DNA from: Anthoceros angustus | Taxonomy: Eukaryota > Plantae > Anthocerotophyta | Direction: 5' to 3' | NCBI GenBank assembly: GCA_010909165.1 | Contig: VJWM01000068.1 | Span: 1,488,001 to 1,552,000 of the forward strand | Length of the DNA stretch: 64,000 nucleotides | In this document: positions 50,131 through 60,360 of the stretch, piece after piece | How the letters are laid out: each line of letters opens with the position of its first letter | How positions within the stretch are numbered: the first letter of the stretch is position 1 | Notes under the pieces: generated by a model | The model's database searches: none | What the model saw: the letters and a program-made list of their open reading frames with translations, nothing else | What the model was told of the DNA's origin: nothing | Translations under genes and position numbers: made by a program

Positions 50131-52358
50131 CCAAGTCATATGGGGTCCCCAAAGCGCCGACCTCCCACCACATGAGGCTCAACGTGCACCACCTCACTTT
50201 TTTCGGCAATAACCGCGAGCTTCCCTCCATAAAGATGGGGCTCAACTAAAGTTGGGGCCCCACGAAATAAAGCTCATGACCACAGTGCCCCACCACCCCT
50301 CGCAAACTTTTGCTCCGCTTTCTTTTGGTTTGTAGAAACCCTTCTAAATATGTAGTGGGCCCCTCGGACCGCCAACCTTGACCCACAGTGCCACCACCCC
50401 GAGCCAAACCACTTCCATATCGGTAACCATAAATCCCCACCTCACATGTATAGCGCCACCTTAAGTCAAGGCCCCTAATTACGCCAACCTCATATTCCTG
50501 GTGCCCCAACATGTCGCTCTTCTCCTTTGCTTTCCTTTTGGTTTATCACTTCCCTCAAGAAGAAGTGTCGCTTCCCTCAAAGCGATGTGTCGAATGTAAT
50601 CCAACATGGGTATGCTCATATTGAAGATAGAGTGTTGAGTTATTACTTACTCTCGGGTCCACTACTCTCCGGGTCCACTAGGCTTGCTCTTGTTAAGGAA
50701 AGGGAAGCGGTGGCAACTCACGAGCCCGCCCATGCATGCAGGATTTCCGCGCAACCACCTTCACTCTGCGATGCGATTCCGTCTCGGCCTACTCAGCTGT
50801 GGCTTCTTGGCTCCTCACTTGTGAGTGCGGCTCTGCTCTTAGCGTCTGGTGTCCACCTTGCTTGTCCCAAGTCATTTGGGGTCCCCAAAACGCCGACCTC
50901 CCACCACATGAGGCTCAACGTGCACCACCTCACTTTTGCTGTCGGCAATAACCCGAGCTTCCCTCCATAAAGGGGCTCAACTAAAGTTGGGGCCCCCGAA
51001 ATGCCAAGCTGCCACGTGCCCCACCACCCCTCGGCGCAAACTTTTGCTCCGCTTTCTTTTGGTTTGTAGAAACCCTTCTAAATAGCACAGCTTAAGTGGG
51101 CCCCTTAGACCGCCAACCTTCGACCCCGGTGCCCCACCACCAGAGCAAACTACTTCTCCACTTCCGTGCGGTAACCATAAATCCCCACCTCCACATGTAT
51201 AGCGCCACCTTAAGTCAAGGCCACGCCAACCTCATATTCACGGTGCCCCAACACCCCAGTCGCTCTTCTCCTTTGCTTTCCTTTTGGTTTATCACTTCCC
51301 TCAAGAAGAAGTGTCGCTTCCCTCAAAGCGATGTGTGGAATGTAATCCAACATGGGTATGCTCATATTGAAGATAGAGTGTTGAGTTATTACTTACTCTC
51401 GGGTCCACTACTCTCCGGGTCCACTAGGCTTGCTCTTGTTAAGGAAAGGGAAGCGGTGGCAACTCACGAGCCCGCCCATGCATGCAGGATTTCCGCGCAA
51501 CCACCTTCACTCTGCGATGCGATTCCGTCTCGGCCTACTCAGCTGTGGCTTCTTGGCTCCTCACTTGTGAGTGCGGCTCTGCTCTTAGCGTCTGGTGTCC
51601 ACCTTGCTTGTCCCAAGTCATATGGGGTCCCCAAAGCATGACCTCCGGCTCAGCTACCCTCACTTTTTGCCAGCCCAATAACCTGAGCTTCCCTCCATAA
51701 AGATGGGGCTCAACTAAAGTTGGGGCCCCACAAATATACAGCCACGGTGCCCCACCTCAGGCGCAAACTTTTGCTCCGCTTTCTTTTGGGTTTGTAGAAA
51801 CCCTTCTAAATAACCATGCCTTAAGTGGGCCCCCTCAGGACCGCCAACCTTGACCACGTGCCCCACCACCCCGAGCAAACTACTTCCACTTCCATATCGG
51901 TGGTAACCATAAATCCCCACCTCCACATGTATAGCGCCACCTTAAGTCAAGGCCCCTCGCAACCTCCATATTCTGGTGCCCCCAGTGGTCGCTCTTCTCC
52001 TTGCTTTCCTTTTGGTTTATCACTTCCCTCAAGAAGAAGTGTCGCTTCCCTCAAAGCGATGTCAGAATGTAATCCAACATGGGTATGCTCATATTGAAGA
52101 TAGAGTGTTGAGTTATTACTTACTCTCGGGTCCACTACTCTCCGGGTCCACTAGGCGCGGCTTGCTCGCAGTGCAGGAAGGAGCAGGGTGTAGCCTCTTG
52201 GCCCTTGTGCATACAGGAGTTCATCAGCACCAACCACCTTCACTCTGCGATGCGATTCCGTCTCGGCCTACTCCGACTGGCGGCCCCCTCCTCACTTGAG
52301 TGCGGCTCTGCTCTTGGCGTCTACGGGTGTCCACCTTGCTCGTTGTCCCCGAAGTCAT
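50131..52358. repeat. ~740-bp triplication spanning the array / copia 5'-LTR junction
   Basis: The junction GTATGCTCA|TATTGAAGATAGAG...CTCTCGGGTCCACTA occurs three times (LTR starts 50619, 51365, 52092). Breakpoints fall at shared CCAAGTCAT / CCGAAGTCAT. Confidence 0.88.
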
Positions 52359-55300
52359 CGCGTTACTCATGGCGCCATCCGTGGCGTCATGTTTGCTTCA
52401 TTCGGTGGCTGCCTGGCTGGAGGGAGGCGGGAGTATACTCTTCTTGGTCGTTCAATCGGGCGGACTTATACCTTGTCGTGGCGACCAGGTTGTGGTGGCG
52501 GATGTAGTAGTTCCGACCACTGCGTGGCGCCACCTCCGCTCAGTCACTGCTCCCATCCAATGAGGCTGCTTTGCCGTCTGGCGGCTCTCAAGGTCCAAGT
52601 ATAGCGGGATGCAGCGGGCCACCTCTTTATCCGCTTGCTCTAAAGCGTATGGGGCAATGGTGTGGACTTTGACAAATTCATCAAGTCTTGTGCCAAAGCT
52701 TACCATGCGCTGCAGCAGTGTATCGTCCTCTGATTACAAAGATACTCCGGCTGGTTTCTATTGCTCTTCAAATGGCGCCTCAACGCGATTCTCCATAAGG
52801 CGGCGGCGGTGGGTGATGCCTTTCCTCTTCCTCTCGTGGTTTTGCCGCTTATTCTACTCGTGATATGACATTGTGGGTGCGCTTGGTCACTTTAGGTAGG
52901 AGCTCATTGTTCCTCTTCACTCGAATCGGTCCCCATTTGTTGTCCCTTCCTAGATGGTCTCTTTCCATCGTTCTTTCACCTCAATAAATCATCTCTTTCG
53001 TTATTACTTATAGTTATTATATCTAGCTATCTAGTGTATGTGTGTATATAGCTTTAATTTATTTAGCTTACCCTTTCATTAGGGTTACGTCCCTAGGCCA
53101 AAGGTCATGTCTCTTGGCTACTAGAATAAGTCTAGTTGCTACAATCAATTTACCAATGCTTTCTTGTTTTTCTACAATAATGTAATTGATAAATACTCAA
53201 TTGGTTTGCACCATTTCCATATTTCGTAATGGTATAAGAGCAATGCTAGGTGCAGATTGCATTCACAAGAATGCACATTAAATTGTGCACATGTTGATGT
53301 GCATAAAATGTTCTTTGTGTTTGTTTCTTGATTAGAAATTAGTTTCTAATAAGAAATCAAGAAAATGTTTGAGAAACCTTTTGTAGCTATTTTTGCTTGA
53401 TTTGTTAATAGAAATTTTGCATTTCTAGAGTTCTAGCGATCATCGCCGATTGTTGCAAAGCAATCATCATCGACACGCTAGAACGATCGCCAAGTGGCAA
53501 ATATCTTTATAAAATCATATAAAATTACAATATGTTTCTTGGAATTTTCCAAAACACAAGAATTTCGCCAAATGAATGGCCGATCCTCGGGAGGCGGATG
53601 CGGCTGGATGGCGAATCGCCAAATACAACATGGTGCAAGAAGAGCGCAGTGAGAAGAACTCCCGATCTTCACCATCGTGCGCCCACCGAGGACTCCACAA
53701 TCTCCCAAATGTGCAACCCGCCATTGTTGGTAACGGCAATCCTCGGGGTTTCCTAACCACAAACGTAGCACCACATACCAAAGATCACACATTTAAGTTC
53801 TAGACTAGAATCACAACGACATGTAGATGACGCTTTGAAAACATAAGTCGAAAGCTGCTTCGAGGACTTACAATCGTTGTCGGATCGATTGGTCACTTGG
53901 ATTTCAAATTGCTTGCTTTGTTGAGGCCTCGCTCTTCTTGCTAACCTCGCAATCGAGGGATGCTTGTAAGCATGCTACAAAACTAACAAGCATCACAAAT
54001 TTGAGAATCCAAACTCGTGTCCATCTGCATGACCTATTCCTTTAATCGGGAGATTAGGAAACACAACATAAGGAAAAGGTAGATAGGAGTTGGTCAATTT
54101 GCATGACCAACGATCAACCCATCTTACCTCAGAACGGCTGCATTTGCAGCCACCCCGATGCACGTAGCATCATAACTCTTCTCTCGAATCCTCACACTGT
54201 AGCACAGGTCACACGTGCATTAGAAATTCATCCATAAAATCCTCACCGTGAGGGGACTAACAGTCCTAAACATGGGTGACTCTAATTTAGCCGGGAGGAT
54301 TCAAAGAGAAGGATAGATTCAGGTGATTATGACATCCGGGTACTTAGAATGCGTGGTGCCCTTCAAAACAAGCAGGGTTCATGGGACGCCAAAGTCTCAG
54401 AATCGTGGCACCCCTCACCGATCAAGGCACTTGATGCTTGGACCACAGGAAGGCACAGTTCCTCCTACGGAGTGGTCGTCGACCGACATGTTGAGACAGA
54501 CCTGTTGCAAAACCTCACCGATATTTGGACGCTGCTCCAAAGTCTATTTGGGAACCGATGACACAAGTCAAATGACAAAGACTTGCAACATACAAAACTT
54601 GAAGATGAAAGAAGGAGAATCCATTGAAAACACGACTACCTTCGATCCCTAGTCTCCAAGTTTGAAAGTGCCGCATGTGATAGTGTGAAGGACCGGCTCT
54701 CATTCTTCATTTCATGATGTCACTCCGAATCTTGGGCACATTTCGTGACCTCATTCAACACCTCGCAACTACAAGGGCGGAAGATTGCCCAGCCGCAGTG
54801 TTGATCTCCCAAAACAACATTTGCAGAATTAGTGGGAGCTCTTCGTGAAGAAGTCACAAGAGGACAATTCAAACGTCCGTAAATGCAAGCTTTGTACACT
54901 AACAACAAAGGAAAGGGCAAGAAGCCCAACTTCGGTAGACAAAATACCTCGGTGCTAGTAGCTCGCGAGTCTCTACACCAAGAAGCCAAGAAGGCTGGAA
55001 AGTGCCACTGGTGCCAAATTCCGTGCCATTGGGAGTCCGAGTGTCGAAGAAGCGAGTACCTCGCAAGGAGGGCAACTCCACTTCTACACATGTTGTGGTG
55101 ACTAACAAGGCTACCCCTCACCGTAGGGACCAGGAGTTTTCCTACCCTCTTGCTAACCCCACATGCTTGTCTGCAAATACTCAAGGCAAACCCATACAGG
55201 AGTGGTTCCTTGATGTGCAAACAAGACATCTGCTTATTGTGGTTCATATGTGTTAGTTCACAACAGATTTGTTTACCTAGGTGACGATAGTAGGCTTCGT

Positions 55301-58300
55301 GCTGGTGTTGGCACCGCTGTTACTGTCCTTCGTGCATCACACTCTTGCTTACAGATGTGTATCATGTGCCCGAAATGACAAGAAACTTGATTGTTAGAAG
55401 GTTGAACATGGATAATCAAAGTCACATCCTCTTCACTCCGGCTGTAATGTAGGATTATAGATGCTTTTGATCATCGCAAAATCCTAGCCTATGGATCATC
55501 CGACCATGATCTCTTTAGATCGACACTCACACCACCATGCCAAGGCTAGCCTAGCTTCAAGGTCGCTCGAGAGCAAAGCAAGAAGAACAAGCTAGGTTAT
55601 GGCATGCACGCTTAGGTCACCCTCACAACAAGAAAGTTGCAAAAACTAGTGCTAGTGACTGCACAAAGGATGGTAAAATTGGCGGTTGCCATCCTTACCT
55701 CTGTGAAGCTGTGTCCAAACGTCATCAAGCACCTTCAAGAACAAGACTCCTCACGAGCTTCAAGTGCTTGAACTTGTGCACATCGACATATGTGGGCCAC
55801 TCGCGACCCTCAATCGGTGGTGGCGATACTTCCTCATATCTGCTGCACAAGACGAGATTTGTCATGGCTTACATCTTGAAAGCTAAAAGTGAATGCTTCT
55901 CTCTCAAAGACTACATGAAACTTGCGAGAGATGGACGGAAAATCGAAAGTCCTACGCTCGACAATGGTGGAGAATTCACATCTAATTCCGCACTCAGTAA
56001 GGACGAAGGATAGGCGGACAACTTACAGCTTGTGTATACGCAATGTAATGGCGCTGCCGAGCGCTTGAACTTGACACTGCAGGAGATGGTCTCTATGCTT
56101 CACCAAGCCTCTTTGCCACTATCCCATCGGGCCAAGCTTATGACATGTGTATTTACGTAATGCATCGCAACCGCCGTGTGGATTGGACGACTTTGAAGCT
56201 TTCTATGGGCGCAAGCCGCTATCCAACATCTTCGCACTTTCGGATGCATCGCTTTTGCTTTCATCCCTAAGGCCAAGCGAACCAAGTTAGTGCTAAGGCC
56301 AAGAAGTACCTCATGATAGGATACATCAAGGTATAAAAGCTTATGTCGGTATGACGACTCGTAACAAGGTGGTCTATGCACGAGCGTGACCTTTGATGAA
56401 GGTCGAACTTGGCGCAAGTGGGAGCTACTCCCAGTGGAGGACTTTGATCTTTCGCCTCGACGCCATTGTTTTCGATGATTACGCTCTTGCGGAGATTGCT
56501 CTGCGGGGAAGAACAAGAAATGATGCTCGGAGCAAGGAGATGAACCGAAAATTTTGTTGAACATTTGCGAAGAACCTCCTCCAGCTGCGTAACGAACCAT
56601 GACCTTTTACGATCCACGGACCCGATCCACGGACCCGATCCACATTGACGAGGATGAGGTCAAGATGCTCATCTTCGACAAGGATGCCGAGGTTGAACTC
56701 GAGATTCAACCCTTGCAAGCTCCACCACAACCCGAGCGCCGTTATCCTGCAAGAGATAGACGGGCACCAGATCATTATCACACAGGACTTTAGAAAACCA
56801 ACAGCTAATGCAGCCACTTCCCTGGATCCTATCGAACCTCAATCCTACGAAGAAGCTCTTAGCCGTCCTGATGCTGCAGAGTGGAAAAAGGCAATTCAAT
56901 TAGAATATGATTCGCTGATCAAAAATGGAACATGGGAACTAGCTAAGTTACCTCCTGGACGTAAGGTGGTGTCTTGCAAGTGGGTCTTCAAACTGAAGGT
57001 AAAGGCTGATGGAAGTTTTGATAGGTACAAAGCACGACTTGTAGCTCGTGGCTTTTCGCAAGTGCCTGGTCTCGATTACTTCGAAACATATGCTCGTGAT
57101 GAAGGCCACCTTTTACAACTGTGCCCGGCAAGACATCAAGACTACGAGTTAGACATGTTTGATGTAAAGACCGCATTTTACATGGCAAGTTGGACACCGA
57201 AATCTACATGCACAGCCTCGTGATACAAGTAAAAGGCAAGGAAGATCATGTCTTGCGCCTAATAAAACCCTCTATTCAAGCAATCAGATTAGAGTGGAAT
57301 GCCTGGATGAAGAACTGCACTTGGATTCGTGAAATGTGTTTGAGCGTATGTTTACAGATCCGTGACGTTGTGTGCTATCTCGCAGTGTATGTTGATGATT
57401 TGATTCTATCCGCAATAGCTCCACATTCATCACCAAAGTTAACAAGCCGCTATCTACCAAGTTTGAAATGACTAACCTTGGAGCACTTGAGTGCACAGGA
57501 ATCCTTATTCGAGAGGATAGAAAAGATCTATATCTCTCACATGACCTCGATACATTAGAATGTGCAATAAATTGGCTTGAAGGATGCAACCAGCGCGACT
57601 CCACCGCCATCCGGATGAAATTTAGCAAGTCCATGTGTCCCGAAACCAAAAGGACATAGAAGACATGAGGTCGGTCCCCTCATGTAAAGGGAGTTGGCAA
57701 ACTTATCTATGCCGCCAACACTACACGACGATGTAGCCTACACCACAAGTGTGCTCGCAATACTCGAGAACCCCGGTCAAACGCACCGGATCGGGTGTTA
57801 AGAGGGTGGTTAGGTATCCAAGGAACATCCAACATTGGGATTCGATTCAGACACATACCTGGCACACCACTTGAGCTGGACGTATATACTGACTCCGATT
57901 ATGCTGGTGACATAGATACACGGAGGTCAGTGTTTGGGTACTTTGTCATGGTGGCAGGAGGGCCCATATGCTGGTCAAGCAAGAAGCAACCAACAGTTGC
58001 AACTTCCAGCACTGAAGCTGAATGTCGGGTCCTCACATCTGCTGCTAAAGAAATAGCTTGGTGCAAGCTAATGTTTAAGGAGCTGGGATTGCCACTCCCT
58101 ACTTGCACCACTATTAGAACCGACAACCAAGGATCCATGAACTGGCCAAGAACCCCTGCTTTTCACTCCCGCAAGCACGTGGAAGTGGAATACCACTTCA
58201 TTAGGGATCTTATCAAATCAGTCGATTACACCGAGTATGTACCAACAGACAATCCAGCAGATTTGTTCACAAAAGCCCCGAGTAGGGACGCACACAACAG

Positions 58301-59717
58301 CACATGAAAAGTTTGGGCATGGGCAGCCACGAGGGCTACCAGAGGCCAAGCAAAACCAATCCTAACCTAGCCTATGAGCTAGGAAAGCCCCAATCATTAC
58401 TCCCATCGGATCATCATAGCAGAGAGATAGAAGGGACCTCCTACTCATGAGTAGAGGAGTCTCAAATCTTCTCCCAAGATGCATAGTGTCCGATGAAGTA
58501 GAGAATGTCTCACCACCAACGAGGGAGTTTCTTCTCTTTCTCTCCTCGTAGGAGATCCTCTCCTTGGTGCCTGCCTCCTCGCCTAAGCTGCCTCGATCCC
58601 GTGAGGGGCGAGTGGGAGCTGTAGGAAAAGGTAGTGAATTCATGCCGATGACTGCAGGGGTTTAGGAAAAATTGGCAACTAAATGTGGCGTAAAGGATTC
58701 TCGCCCAAACAGAAGAGTAATACTTACTATAGAAGCTTATGATGTGGTCATCAAAGCCCCGAGCCTGGACACGGACTCTCACCATCTTCAGCCCGTGACC
58801 AAGCACTGCACTCAAATAGGCTGCCTGGGAACCGAGCACAACCGAGGGTAACAATTTTCGCCTCCGACGACTGCTCTAGGCTCGGGAACTTGGGTGGTGC
58901 AGGAGGATGTGGCTCGCCAGATGCATACTTGAACTCACCCTTCTCGCACCGCATCAAACGAAGCTCGAGAAAATAATCGGCTTACAGGCTGGGTGCAGGC
59001 GACGAGGTGGAGCTCCCATCTCGGTCTTCTGCAGGGCTCTTGCTCCACTTGCGCACTGCCCGGGCGCCGCCCTCAAGCAGGCGTCTGTTTTTCGCTCGCC
59101 TGGGCGCGGCCCGCCAAGACTCCACTGTGCCGCTGAGTGGTTACTCCCTTTGCCTCACTCGGGAGATGGAGGTCGCAGCGCAAACCTACCTAGAGCATCC
59201 CTCCGTAGACACGGCTGGTGTGAGGACAGTCCACAGACTCAAGATGAAGACATCTTGCCTAGGAGCTTCACGCCTAGAAGTCGTGGAAAGAATGAAGACC
59301 GAACGTAAAGGCAAGCTATTATGCTTATGGCACACCTGCAGGCCGCTTCACGAGCGCTCCATTACGCTTGGGGCTGGGTCACAACTGTACACACACACGC
59401 CTCAAGCTCAACTCACATGCACAAGGTGCTCATGAGAAGAAGACACTATGCAATAATCAACAAGTGGGAGTATTGAAGATAGAGTGTTGAGTTATTACTT
59501 ATTATTATATCTAGCTATCTAGTGTATGTGTGTATATAGCTTTAATTTATTTAGCTTACCCTTTCATTAGGGTTACGTCCCTAGGCCAAAGGTCATGTCT
59601 CTTGGCTACTAGAATAAGTCTAGTTGCTACAATCAATTTACTAATGCTTTCTTGTTTTTCTACAATAATGTAATTGACAAATACTCAATTGGTTTGCACC
59701 ATTTCCATATTTCGTAA
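52092..59717 (+). mobile_element. Near-full-length Ty1/copia retrotransposon (LTR-gag-PR-INT-RT-RH-LTR), frameshifted
   Basis: TSD GCTCA at 52087-52091 and 59718-59722. 5' LTR 52092-53229 (interrupted), PBS TGGTATAAGAGC 53230-53241. Coding motifs: zinc knuckle CHWCQIPCHWESEC, EWFLD, HIDICGP, DNGGEFTS, EPQSYEEA...VSCKWVFKLK...YKARLVARGFSQ, VYVDDL, TDSDYAGDIDTRRS...WSSKKQ. PPT AAGTGGGAG, then 3' LTR 59471-59717. Confidence 0.95.
52123..52999. mobile_element. 877-bp unclassified insertion in the copia 5' LTR
   Basis: Absent from the 3' LTR. Flanked by the direct repeat GTTATTACTTA (52112-52122 and 53000-53010). No TIR or poly(A). One end has a tandem CTCTC(C)GGGTCCACTA. Confidence 0.8.
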
Positions 59718-59742
59718 GCTCACACACGGAATGGCAATTCAA

Positions 59743-60360
59743 ACTATAGGAGGAAGCAGGGGTAATCTATGCTACTGAAGAGAAAGACACTGAGGAAGAG
59801 TCAAAGCACGACTTCCACCCCAACTACGTAGAGATACTAAGGAGAAGAAGTTGGACAGGGTCCTTGTTCTTTGATGACACCAACTCAAGATCGACACCTT
59901 GCCAGTAGAAATGATCACCGCTAACAACACACAATAGTCGGTGCTTTTAAACCAGACACTTGAATGTTGTAGAGTCTAAGACTCCAAGCATCTTTCTATG
60001 ATAAGCTACCGACCTAAAAACTCCTACTCTTGTTGTGGTTAGGTAGCTCAAGAGCTCCCACTAATTGTCTCATGCGTGTTGTGACCAATGTCAAGGGACA
60101 AACTATAGGAGGAAGTAGGTAATCTATGCCATCAAGAGAAGACATTGAGGAAGAGCCAAAGACTTCCACCCCAACTACGTAGAGATACTAAGGAGAAGAA
60201 GTTGGGACAGAAGGTCCTTGTTCTTTGATGACACCAACTCAAGATCTGACACCTTGTAGCACTGTAGAAATGATCACCCTGCTAACAACACACAATTGTC
60301 AGTTCTTTTTTAAACTAAGCAGACACTTGAATGTTGTAGGAGTCTAAGACTCCAAGCATC
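59743..60360. repeat. ~250-bp duplication with a ~110-bp unrelated spacer
   Basis: AAACTATAGGAGGAAG...AAGACTCCAAGCATC at 59743-59992 and 60101-60360. Confidence 0.8.
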
